This document shows positions 11,601 to 24,100 of a DNA stretch of 64,000 nucleotides, one piece after another. This DNA is from Klebsormidium nitens (taxonomy: Eukaryota > Plantae > Klebsormidiophyceae), in NCBI GenBank assembly GCA_000708835.1, contig DF237110.1:1-64000 (forward strand), given 5' to 3'. The notes under the pieces are model-generated. The model did no database searches, was not told where the DNA came from, and saw nothing but the letters and a program-made list of their open reading frames with translations. The position numbers and the translations under genes are program-made. Numbering within the stretch: position 1 is the stretch's first letter; the number at the start of each line of letters is the position of its first letter.

Positions 11601-14600
11601 CGCGCACTTCGTCCACGAGCTGCGCGCGCTCGTCGCGCGCAACACGGGGCTGTCGATCTTCGTAGCGTCCGACACCGCGCGCGTGGAAGACGAGTTAATG
11701 CGCGAGTTCGGCGGCCGCATCATTACTCTGGGGCGCGACCGCCGGTGCACGCAACTAGAGCGGAACGTGGGCTGCCTGCGCGCGGCCCTGGCGGACATCC
11801 TGATGCTCGCGCACAGCAGGTGCGCGATCGCGGGCCTGCTGACGTTACGCCGCCACATCTGTCAGCCGGTCATGAAATACAGCGAGTTTGCGCTCACTAG
11901 CTTTCGTCTCCCCTTACTCTCTAGCTGAGACGGTGACGCTGCTTCTTTGCGATCTAGGCGCCAACAAACCGAGGAAGATGAAGGAAAGAATGAAACCTCT
12001 TCCTTAGGGACCGTTCCGATAGGCTCCGACGTTCCGCTCCGGCCAGTCCGGTCCGTTCCGTTCACACCTTTCGGCGCTCTGATGATTGGCATCTTTCTAT
12101 CCCAGCCACCCCGCCATTCTGGGCAGCCACTGGAGCTCCTTCACCGAAGTCGCGGCACTCGCGCACTCCAAACGAATCCTGCGCGCGTCCGTTGACTTCC
12201 AGGCCCCCGGACTCGCCCCGCTCATATGCAACCCGAGCTCCATATACGCGCTCCCCGCGTTCGAGGGCGTCTCAATATTGGCCGCCCTCAACCCTTCGTA
12301 CGCGGACCTCCTAAAGATTGCGCTGCCCACGTGGCTCGCCGCGATTGGCGTGCACGAAATTATTTTGTTGGATTATATGCCGGGGGACGATAACCGGCTC
12401 GCGGCGGCGGTTGCTGGCTTCGAGGATCCACGACTCAAGTATGTTAAGGTAAGCTATCCGCTTCCAATGTGGTGAACTTTCACCTCGACTCGCGGAGCAA
12501 AGCTCGTTTCTTTCATCCAAAACTTCTCCAGACTTTCTTTCAAGATTAGGAGCTGCCCGGAATCTAAGCTAAAGCCCTGGAAACGGATTTAGGAATTGCA
12601 TCCTGACCATTCTATTTCATCAGAACTTCTGTGAAGCTGTACATCCAGAAAGCCAAGACGCATTCGAAGATCGACAGGACCTGCTCCTGTCACTTTCCCG
12701 TCTCCCGAAGTTACTTCAAACAGTTTCGATTCTAAGTTAGATAGACCGAGGACGGAAGCACAAGCATTTAGGCACATATCTTATATGTGATACCTTTGTT
12801 TTCTCGCGACACGAGCTTTATAAGCTGACTGCCAAACCTTCTAATTCCCAGGTCCAAGGAACCGGCAAGTTCGACATAACGCGCGCGTACAACTTCGCGG
12901 GGCGCCACAGCCGGGGCTCGCGCATCCTGAAACTAGACGCGGACAGCATTCTCTTGCCGGACTTTGTTGAGCACCACCCGCACGTGGGCGGCATTTATTA
13001 CGCCGGAAACTGGAAAGCCGCCCGGTCGGAAAACGAGCGGCATCTTAACGGGGTGTTTTTCGTCGACCGGGCCACGTGGGCGGCCGTGAGCGGGTTCGAC
13101 GAGCGGATCGTGGGGTACGGACATGATGACGATAACCTGCAGATGCGACTAAGCAGGGTGAGAAGCTGTTCTTGTTGTTGTGATGGTGAACAACTAAACC
13201 AACTCAGAGCTGAGAAGATGCGAAAGCATCTATAGTAGAACCGGGATCCCAGATCCAACAATTCAACATCTGAAAAAGTGGGTTCTTCTCGATCTACCCA
13301 ATCCCCTCGAAGAGAAACTCTTGGGCGGTGATGAACGGGTGTTCCCACAGGGTTCTGGGGCGATCAGAGGCACGTTGACTCAAGTAACCAGAAATACGTA
13401 TCGAAGAGAAACAGCTTGCCACTGTCTGAACGAGCTCCGACAAGGTTTCGAACGTCTTTCAATCCATCAGACTTGCTCGAGGTGTCGGAACAATATTTCT
13501 AGCGGAAATTTCGACAAGCAAAGTGTGCCCATTAGTGGAGCGGCCACCAATTCTACAACTTACCATCATTGGCAGCTTGGTTCTTGTTGCCCTGCGCAGT
13601 TGGCCACGCGGCGCGACCTCGACTTTGACTACATCCGCCACGTTGAGCATGGCGACGGCCAGCGCGCGGACAACACTAGAGGGATCCCTTTCGTGGACGT
13701 GTCCAACCTGTTCAACGCGGCGCTGACGGCGCGGCTGGAGCTTTGGCACGAAAAGGTGACTCGCTCTTCAAATCTCGAATAGAGAGCGAAGTTCAAAAGT
13801 AAGATGTTTGAGTTAGTTGAGTCTGCGACCATATAGAAAGAACTGGCGAACTTCAAGTAGCTTCCTAAGTTTCCTCAGTATCAATAACTGGCAGCGAGCT
13901 GCATGAATGGAACATGAGATTCAAAATCTGCGAGTCCGTCAAGCTGATGCCTTTCGTTTTCAAAATCTTGCGGTGGTAGCCTGGAATGACTAAAGGGCTG
14001 ACGCCGTTAAAAGTGCTCCTGTGAAAGCGATTGGAACGCATAAGACGCGGCCCCGAATGTCCGATCGACGTCTCATCGGGTGTGGGGAGTAACTACAGAT
14101 TCCAACGTTTATTCAAACTACGAGGAACGGTTTACGTTAGAATGCAGATGCTTGAGTAGCGCTCCCTGACCTGATGCAAGTTGTTCAGTGTCCTGCTTCT
14201 GGTATCAAAGTTTTAAGCGGCCGGCTCTTACATTTCAGCCGGGGAGCTAAAATGAAGGTATCAAGCATCCAATGCAAGCTTCAACGCGTTAAACAACCTG
14301 CGGGTCCATACGAGACTCGGGTTCGTGCAAAGTCTTTTTCAAAAGAGTCTCAAGCCGGTAACAAAGCCTCGAAGAAACGAATGCAGAGTGATGACTTCAT
14401 ACGCCCATTTAGAACTCTCAACAAGCGATTCTTTTCTTAAGCAGAGCTCTTCTTTTCCTGTAGATGCAAGGCAGCCAGTACGAGTGCTCCCAGCAGTTGG
14501 ACGGCACGTGCGACTGCAACCTGACGGCGCCGGTTCCGGACATCCACTCGGGTCTTTCCCCCGAGGACGAGAGGTCCTACTTGCTGGGAGCCTACCGCAA

Positions 14601-17600
14601 AGTGGTCGGTTACAGCGTCGACCTGCCGGAAGAAAAGCTGGCCACGGTACGGTGACTTCGCCGATCTAGTTCCCTCGAGCTTCGGTTGGTATCTCATCCT
14701 AGGAGATCACGGCTTGTGCCACTTTCCGACTTTTCCTTCTAGGTGCATTCTCCTCTCATCCTTCTTTCGATATCTTCTGGTGGTTTTTCCCCTCGTAGAC
14801 TTTCGGTTGCGCTTCCTCCTGTTTAGGACAGTTTCCCAAGGAACTCCCCACGTTTCGTCGTCACTCATATTTTCTCGCCAATCCTCCTTCCCTGAAAAAT
14901 AAGTCGATCGCTACGTTCTAATCGGACTGCGTATCCTCTCAGTGCGCTTTGAAATTCTTGCCCACCGTTTTATGTAATAAGAGTGACTCATTTTGAGCAC
15001 GCCTTTGCTTCCAGGTCACGTCTTTAGAGTGGCTGCAAGGCCAGTTACGAATCCACTACCAGAAATTCCGCCGCCCCTGGATCGTTCTACGTCCGAACGG
15101 CACGTGTTCAGATCGGACGGCTGCCATTGCTTCCGGGCGCCTCCTAGCAGACAAGTTGAGTTGGCCGCTGCGAGTGATTTGGCAGAAAGACGAGCAGTGC
15201 GAAGAATCGTTGGGGGAGCTTCTGGACGCGGAACTGGATTCCATGGAGACGTTCTTTCCATGGGAGGTGAACTACAAGTACAAAGGTGAGGATACACGGA
15301 TACAGCCGGCGATGTTTCTGTTTCCTTTGGAAGCGCTGTTACTACCGTTCCTTCTGCCGCGGTCAAGTACAAGAGACGATGCGCCAAAAAGCTACAGTAA
15401 CTTCTAGCGTGGAAAGCTGCACTGGAAGTTGCTTGACAGATTTCCTTGGGAACCACCAGCGCCATAAATTGTTACACATTGGTTGCCTGTGAGTCGAATC
15501 GCCATCCTTCCTCTCCTCTACCGTGAACGGGACGACACCTTTCCTTGAAACATTCAGGTGCTTTTGATACTTGCCCTGGTGCACCGGACGGGCTGTAACA
15601 CTTACCTAAAACAATGCATTTCTGTATACAACCTAATCTGGCCGAATCGGATTTCTACCGCCGATTTTTTACCCGTTCAGAACCGATCTTAAACGCATCT
15701 TCCTTTCATCTGCTGTTCAGCCTTCGACTTGACGGTCGGCCCGGACTGGATCCTACCCTCAACGGACTTCGCGCGAGTCAGAAAAAGCCTGTTCATCCAC
15801 GCGCGCGGACCTTTCGGCGAGGCGCTCTTCTCGCCTGACGCCCTCGCGGCCCCGCACGCGGCGCTCCTTCCGCAGCCGCGAGCCGCGCCGGAAGAGCTGC
15901 CAACCCCCAAGTTTCCCCTCCTTCTAGTTGACCTAACCGGTCCCCTGGCCGAGCGGCTCCTAGACTTAGCCCGGGCCGTTCTATTGTCCCATAAACTATC
16001 ACGTAGGCTCGTCCTGTTATGGGACTCTGCTGACGTGGGCGGCGTCGAGCTCGGCGAGATTGTCGACGCGCCGTATCTAGTTCTCAGCCCCGGGGACCTC
16101 GAAACCGTTGCCGCCCTTCCACCGTCCGATCTTCCGACGGTCACCGTTCCCGCCGCCGACGTGTTCTCTAGACCGGACGGAACGGAACACGTGCGCGTGC
16201 CGGACGTAAGCCACGTGGACGCGTCGCAGATAGTAGAAGTGCAGCTCAACTCTATGGTGGGCTCTTTCCGCCCTGCGTTTCCGCTGAAAGAAGCGACCCA
16301 CAAGCTGCTCGTCGGCCGGAATTTCAGGGGGCTGCTCGTCGACCGCACCACACAGTGCGATGAGCGCGCGCTGCACGCGGCGCTCAAGGTGCGCACGCCT
16401 TTGCGCTGAATCCATCTTGAAGTTCTAGAAGGTGCTTTGTATTTCGCTTGCCATTCACTGACGAGGATATTGAGACTCTGTTCGCTGACAAAGCCTTTGA
16501 GACAAGCGCGCGCACAGTTTGCAATCACTGCAGTGCTACCTAAGGCGAGCTCAACGTAGGCCGTCAGATAGGATATCTTCAATCTTCTGAGAACTTCTGC
16601 CTTCGAAGCCGTATAGGGCAATTCAAACCCCCAATATATTTGGTCGAGGTTTTCCAACAACGAAACACTGCTGAGAAGTGCACTGGAAGTATTGCAGAAG
16701 GAAGGCCAACCACGCAGTTGCAGCAGTTCCTAAATAAAGTATTTCGACTTCTCGATCAGACATTATTTCCGGGTCAGCTTTCAGGTGAACCCTCACTACC
16801 TTTATTTAATCTTGTTTTCAAGCTGATTACCCTGATCTCACAAGCAATATCTTATCAAAACCCTCTCAGGCGAGTTTGATGGAAGCGGGCGCGACGAACG
16901 GCTCCTACTTCGCAGCCATCGCCCCCGCGCCCGTGTGCGCGCGCTTGGAGGCGCTGGGCGTCATGTGCGCGCGCTGGTGCGACGCGGGGAGCGGCCGCGA
17001 GTGCCACGCGCGCCAGCTGGCCATGACGCTCGCGCTCGCGCAGCTGAAGGTCCTCTACTTCACTTCGTGGGCCGAAAAGACGGTGGACTACATCCTGCGG
17101 CGAGGCCTCATACCGGGCGTGTAAGTTTTTCCCTGGTCAAAGGTCAACCAGAAATGTTCAAATATTAAGTTTGCTTCCGCTCGCGATACCCCTACACTAA
17201 AGATCAACGGGAATTGTTGTCGTTTGTGGGCGTTTTGCACTGCCCGTTGAAACCGGTCAGGTTACCAGATTATTCCGGCAAGCTTTTAAACGGACCATGT
17301 CAAAGGGAAGCCGAGCGTCCATTCGTCAGCTCTCAGTATGTGGAGCACGAAAGCACAGCAGTTTCGTCACTCCGTTCAGCCTACAATAAGGCTGCCGTTT
17401 CCAAAACAAATGCCGAGCTCTCAGAAGATCAAAACGAACTTGACCGGTCGCGATTCACTAGACTTACAAATCATTTCATGGTCTTCTCTCTCTTTGATTC
17501 ACGATCTTTACTTAACCCAGCTTAGTCGATTCCACACGACCTCACCCTATTCCGTCGTCGAATCCGTACAGCCTCCTCGACTGCAACTCGGCTTCGACGG

Positions 17601-20135
17601 ACACCCCGGGTCGCCTGTTCCGCCCCGCGCTCGCGCACGATTTAGAGACTGCCAGCAAGCCATTATCACGGAGAACCGTCTGCCCGACGGAAGGCTTGCA
17701 CCTGGTCACCCAGTATCCCGTCTTAAACCGGAATGATTCCGGCCCCCGGCAAGCGGAATTCACTGCCACGCTGGAAGCAAATCTGGTACATGACCAGGTA
17801 GGTGATTGAAGGCATCCGCCCTCACACCATGGTCCGCTGGTCATTTTTCGACCAGGTTTGGACGGCTCAATTTCAATGCATCGTGCCTAGAGTATGTCAT
17901 CTTTAACGAATGTTGATGTTTCGTGGAGCAGTCGAGCAGCGTCAAACTCTGAGCAAATGGCGGAAGTTTGATAATGGGTCTTGGTAGTAAAGATCGTCAT
18001 TAGATCCATGAGTCAGTCCTCAAAGTCAGTACCACGTCCGTTCTTTTCCTGACTGCATGATTGTCGTTGTTTCTGGGCTAGAAACGAGGACTGGTATGAC
18101 CTTTATGTAAGGGAAGAACGAAAACCAAAAGCCTCAATCATGATACCGAGTTACTGGAATGCAAGGCTCAACAAACTTCGAGAACTGTAAGACGAAGAAT
18201 GTGAGCAGGAGCCAACTTTCGGGACGATCGACCTTCGTGATGAGGCAGTGGACGTGCTTTCCAAAGAACGACATCCGTTTACTTGACAAGGCGTTCGGAC
18301 GCAAGGAAGCGCTTATGATGCCTCGTGGATTGCCCTGTTGACGTTGTCTCATTGTCAAAGCAATATTCTCAGAGTACATTTCTTTGCATCTCAGGAGGGA
18401 CCCAGGCAGAGAAGCCCAGAATACCTTCGAACGAGCTCGATAGCTATCCACCTGTGACAAGAAACCAAAATTCGGATCTTGGGCCAGATGGAACGAGATT
18501 GATCACGAAGCGCCCACCTGCTGCCGTTAAGGAACTTCATGGGTGCACGATGTCAGAAATTCTTTCTAACTTGGTTTTACACTCTCCTTGTGCGCGCACA
18601 CAGATCGCGGCCGTGCACCTCCTGCTGGAGTCTCGCACCGACGAAGCCGTCATCCGCGCCTCCTTCAGCGACCCGTGCGATAAGCTCCACGTGTCACTCT
18701 TAGGCCGCCGCCTGTACTACAGCGACGCCATCGCGTATGCGAACGAGCGCCTCCCGGGCAAGCTGTGCGCGCAGGCGCACGCGGACATCTACTTCGGCGA
18801 GGGTTTGGAGTTTCTGAGCGCCGACCGGCACCTCGCGGGCGGCCGCCGCGTGCTCGCGCTGAGCCGCCACGAGAAGACGGAGAGTCACGTCTGCGGGAGA
18901 AACATCTGCTACAGGTAAGTTTCTCATTGGATCAATCACCCACAGGATGGGTCCAAATAGCAAGGAGTAGACGAAGAGGAGAAGGGCCTTGAAGTAAGTT
19001 ACAACGCTAATGCGGGCGTTAGGGATTTCAAGTTTGCTCTATTGTGAGTCCTCACGACAAGTGCTCCGAATCAAAGGAGTAGATATTGTTAGCGTTTCAC
19101 CGGAGTCTAGGGATTTCCATCACTTAGTGGAAAGGCGATGGCGCACGTGAGTGTGGCTAGGAATATTCTTAGTGAAGGGCCAGCAACCACTTCAGTCAGC
19201 AACTATTTCAACGACCAGAACAACTTAAGATTCAGGGCAGAATGCTTCTAACTCAAACGACGCATTCTGCAGAGGCTTTGACCCTTCTCTTTGCTTGCTG
19301 AAAGAGACGCGCGTTCCAAACTTCAAATATGCATATATGAATTGCGGAAAGCACTCAACCTAGAGCGAGATCCCCAAGAAGTTGCCCGCCGTACGATTCT
19401 GCTCCGTTCGCAGGTACGAGCATTCGGAAGAAGGGCTCCTGTCGTCGGACGCTTTCGTCTTTGTCGCCCCTTTGCCGCAAAGCGTGGTCGACCAGACGGG
19501 GTTCGCGCCGCAATCGGGGTCCGAAAACGTCGTCATCTGGGCGCTTAAAAGAGCGGGGTTGGACGTTCGGAACCCGTGCAGGTTAGCCGGTCTGCTTAGC
19601 ATTTCGTCTTTCCAAGGCACAAACAAAATTAAGAAAGCCTTCCTCAAACCAGCAGCTGTCAAATCCTCACATTAATGCCCGGTCTTTTGAAACGACAGTA
19701 TCTCGGTAGTTGAGGGTTCCCCTTGTGCTGGCAGCATCAAATGGCAAGAAAGATTGGCTGCAGTACGTATCTCGGCCAGAGTCGGAAAAATACCTCAAGG
19801 AGCTGCATCCGAAGGCCTTATGAATCGTTGGACGAACACGCCACGGTGGCGCAGTGGACATTCCCGTTTGTACAGACTCGTACGACCGCTGTCTGGGATC
19901 ACCATAGATCATTCAGCGCACTGAACAAATGACGTTATCCTGCAGGACCGTTCGTATCTTCCACAACCACTGCTCGGGAGATCGGAGCACCCTCGCAAAC
20001 GCGGCTCGTTCCTGGGAGCACGAAGAGGAGCAAGACGCGCGTCTGGATCTGAAGATCTGCGATGACTTTCACTGCGGGGATGGGTACTGCGAGAATGGAC
20101 CGGAAGTGCTGGAGGACTTAGACGGGGAGGTTTGA
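8657..20135 (+). CDS. Multi-domain membrane-anchored glycosyltransferase (O-fucosyltransferase-like GT-B + GT2/GT7C-like GT-A + second degenerate O-FucT-like + C-terminal GT-like domain), ~1,400 aa
   Basis: Exons: 8657-8896, ~9495-9712, 10223-10464, 10773-10938, 11516-11819, 12106-12448, 12852-13157, 13600-13755, 14464-14646, 15015-15285, 15721-16388, 16870-17120, 17521-17797, 18604-18914, 19414-19581, 19946-20135. Phases are consistent from exon 2 onward; the exon 1/2 junction is unresolved. Motifs: TM ILYVLFLCLGSIFLVLL; HGLSNRIRGYLSA, RVIWIPDEHC, VGVHIRQG, IFVASD, ALADILMLA, GSHWSSFTEVA; ALPTWL..VHEIILLDY, LKLDAD, GFDERIVGYGHDDDNL; second RTAAIASGRLLADKLSWPLRVIWQKDEQC; LEANLVHDQIAAVHLLLE...NPCRTVRIFHNHCS. 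Confidence 0.85.
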
Positions 20136-20138
20136 TCC

Positions 20139-20275
20139 GCTCTGATACTTAACCCAAGGCTTAACCCGCTCTTGCACTTAACTCGAAGCTTAATCGGCTC
20201 TTACACTTAAGTTGAGGGTTGAATTCGCTCTTACACTCAACTAGAGGCTTAACCCCGCTCTTGCATTTGACTTGC
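20139..20275. repeat. 29-30 bp tandem minisatellite, ~4.7 units
   Basis: Units start gctct at 20139, 20168, 20197, 20227 and 20257. Consensus is approximately GCTCTTRCACTTAACnnGARGCTTAAnCC. It begins 4 nt after the GT stop codon. Confidence 0.85.
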
Positions 20276-21166
20276 GAAACGCAGTGGATACCGACGGCCG
20301 TGCTGGTCATATGATACGAGTCACGTTTCATAAGGTGTTGTTGTTTCACTGAGCTGATCATAGATAAATATACGATTGCAAACAGCAAGATGATCAAGAA
20401 TTAGTAGTCAAGCTGCCTTGTTAGAAGAAGTCTAGAGCTGCAAAACGTCTACTTGGCCGCGGTTAGGATCTGCTCGTCAGAGTAAACTCCGCGTTGTGTA
20501 AGCCAGCTTCAAAGCTAATCAGGAGATCATAGGAGATCAGGATTATAGAATCTATGAGCAGAGCAGTCACTTGAGTACATTGCTCCAGGGCTGCGTCATC
20601 CATTAATCATTCATCTAGTACAACCTCCTTAATGGCAATCAGGGCCGTAGTATACCAGCGACAACGTAGCTATCGTTGGATGAAATAGACTCAAGAATCA
20701 ATTAGCAACGTGTTGCTACTGCCATTGGGCCTGCAAGCGATACTGCACTGAACACTGTTGATCTAGTAGGCTAGATGGTGGAATGGCATGGCCGGCTCAT
20801 GCAGTCCCATGCTGCTCATTTTCTGGAGGTTTTAATATTACACAACCAGAGGATTCGCAGTATGGACTTGCCATGGATTGATAAGCTTGCGTGACAGGCT
20901 CAGTGCCATTTCACCGTCACGGGCCGGGCCGTCACGGATAAGCGAGCCCGCGGCCGCCCATCGCGCGCGCGCCCGGCCCCGCGGCCGGGGCGGCCGCGCG
21001 GTTTTCCCAGGGAGTCGGAAAGCATTGGAAAGCAGTACCCGTTGTAAGATTAGCCCTGTCTGAGTAGAGAGTCAGAGATGCAGAGGTTGTCAAAAGAATG
21101 AGGAGAGGGCCTCTGCCGCTCTGGGATTCCGTATCTGGCCAGCAGTGCCTGCGACAAGCCGTTGTT

Positions 21167-24100
21167 GCGATGGCTGCGCGCCTCCAAAAGCTGGTCGAAC
21201 TGGGTGAGAAGCGGGTTGTCAGCTCATCTGTGTCGGCACTGGAGCAGCCCAGGCATTGGGAGTGCTCTTTCCTGCCGCTCGTAAAACCGCTACAAGCCAA
21301 GCGCACTAGAGCTGAGCAGCCAAAGGCATTTTGTAGTATACCACCACGCGTCAAAGGTCATCTCTGTGCAAATGTTGGCATTCATGCATCTAGCTCACCG
21401 CTTACACCTTTCAGAAACCTGCCAAGAGGTGAAGTTATGTGTCCTTCTGACCAGCATTATCCAGCTTTTTCCAGCAGAACAGGCGCTTTCAGCCCCAAGA
21501 TTGCAAGCTTGCCTTTTCTCAGATGGAAGCAGGTGCAGCTGAGATGCTCCGCTGTTAATCAGGGGCCAAATTACCCCCCCCAGTGGACTGAGAGAGGATA
21601 CAGAACCTGGCGACAGCCAGAGACTGGTGAGCGGCATTCTGCACTTCCAGAGTGTTCAAACTGAATGTTAGGCGAAATAGTCAGTGGTCAATATAGGTGG
21701 TCTAACTGAGGTGCGCCTCTGGTTGAGAATGTGCAGTCTTGTGCCTCTACTCTGAGAGCTTCTGCTTGAGAATGTGCAATCGCGTGCCTCTGCTCTGATC
21801 CCTTGGAGGTATGTTCGACCTCAGGCGAGGGACCTGTAGAGTACTATGAAAGCTTTGCGTCTGCGATCTTCCAATGTTTGTCATTGCGATGTGAGTGCTT
21901 TGAGAACCTTGCATGAGCCAGACATTTGTGAGACTGACGGTATACCGCCTCGAGAGGCGTTATTTGAGGATTGCCACCTTGTTGACAAGTAACACCCGTA
22001 CCTTGCTCGCTGACTTTGTCATCTTTCACCATGGTGGGACGATCTTGCTGACGGAGTTCCTTTGCTTTCTTCCTCAGAAGCTGCTGAAACCTCCGGTCAG
22101 CACGGCGACTTTGACACCATCGCTGCCATCGTGACTCCTTTAGCCCTTGGAGACCAGCCTGGTGCGGTAGCTATAGTACGCCTCTCTGGCCCAAAGACCG
22201 TTGACATGGTGCGAAAGATCTTCAAACCGTTCCGAAGGAAGGACACGCAAGGGGGAGAGAGCATGGAGTGGCACCCTGAGAGCCACAAGGTGGAGTATGG
22301 GAAGATCGTGGACGCGTCTGGTGCACTAGTTGATGAGGTAAGCGATTGATGCCTGCGTTATTAGTCGCCCGAGAGGACTTCTTATGCAAACTGGATGCTT
22401 CTCAAGAAGTGGAAGATGCGCAAGAGACTCCCTTGGTGTGGTGATGATGGTGCCAACATCTTAGAAGGAAAGTTTTGCTGAGTGCTGCTCTCTTCAGAGA
22501 GCAGCAGACTGGTTGATTGCGCCGGATTTTGTTATTCTGAAAAATACCAGCTTGTCCTGCTGACACCTCTCAGTTAAGTCGTTCCAAGAGATTTCCCGAA
22601 CGATAGTCACAGCATCTGCCGGTGTTACAGCGCAGAACCATGATCCCTCGACCCTTGTGCGGTTAGTGTCAAGTATTATCAAATTTCTGTTCGCTCGTTA
22701 TCTCACTACATTCTGGTGAAATCAAGTTTTCAATTCTGAAAGACAGTTACAACCCCCAGTACCTGTTAAAACGACAGACTCACCACGGCATCTCATCTGG
22801 CGCACTGGCAAAACTTCGACTCGTTGCAACATGAGAAGAACCAACTCTGTTCACGTTGAGATCAGCAAGTCAGAACTCTTCTCCTCTGCGGGGGTCCACA
22901 TATGCAGCTTCGTTCCATTCATCGGATTCCAGGAAAAACCGCTTCTCTGCAAACGACGAAAGGAAGGGGTAAAAGGCCGTGAAACCCGACTCCTTTTTGG
23001 CATTTTGCTAGCCCTTTGCATTCCAGAAAAACGCCCTGATGCCTGCTGACTGGTCCAACTCACTGCGGTCAACAAACCACGTGGTCACTGGTCACTGCAA
23101 AGTGACAAGGCCGCAAGGTCATTTCAGGGTTTGACCTCTTTGAGATGATGACTAAGAAAATTTGGTTTACCTCGATGATGGACTAAGAAAGTGGCTACGG
23201 TATCTCGGCACAAGGCCAATCCGTGTGGGATCATTACATGCTTCAAGACCAAACCGAACGCCGGATCACCTGTCGTTTTCCAGGTCATCATGGTTCCGAT
23301 GCTGGCGCCGCGCTCGTACACCCGAGAGGACGTCATCGAGATCCAGTGCCATGGGGGCCAGGTGCCGGTACGCCGTGTGCTGAACACGTGTCTCGAGGCA
23401 GGAGCGCGCCTGGCGAAGCCTGGTAAGGTGTCCGTTCATAAGACCTGTGTGCAAATTTTGATGCGACGAGAGAAAGCTGCTTCAGATTTACTCCCGTGGC
23501 TGGAAAGACTAGAAGTGGGAGAACGAAAGAATAAAACACGGGGCTAATGGTGGGAGCAGGGCTGTATAAGTCGGGAAGCATTGAATAGTTCATGTCGACC
23601 CGAATATTGTTGGCTCCAGAACCTTCTCAAGCGCAGTGCAAAAGCAGATAGAGTAAGTGGCGATAGAAGTCTGATGGTTATGGCTTAGCTCAACAACTAA
23701 AGCCGAGGTGTAGTCTCGATTTTATGTTAAGTTACGGCTATGTTGAATTAGGTCATGCCCCCGGGACGGGTGGGGTTGCTTTGGGGGTTTAGGGTGGGTA
23801 CGGGTGCGGAGCATGTTGACTTTGGGTTTCAATGTTTAGTTTGTTTGCTACCGGGGACTTGATCTTACTCAACGAACACCTAAGTTCACTTAAAATCGAA
23901 ACTTATAAGCCGAAGTACTACTGTACTGGAGTTGGCAGAGCGCGTCTGTGAAAAGTTTCAAAGGAGGGCCGCTACTATTGCTATGTTGCTTGTATCAGAT
24001 CAAGAGGTTGACTGAGCAAGTTTGAAGCGAACCGATACACCAGCTGGAGTACGATTGGTCTTCTCGGCTCTGGTCGACGTTTACTGAGTGACAAGCGAGA

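Noticed and set aside
15689-16660. 323-aa minus-strand ORF and many similar antisense ORFs (for example 11547-11858, 29183-29878, 34591-34920)
   Set aside because: Shadows of GC-rich sense exons.
20139-20275. Possible CRISPR array
   Set aside because: The units are contiguous and degenerate with no unique spacers, there are no cas genes, and the context is eukaryotic.
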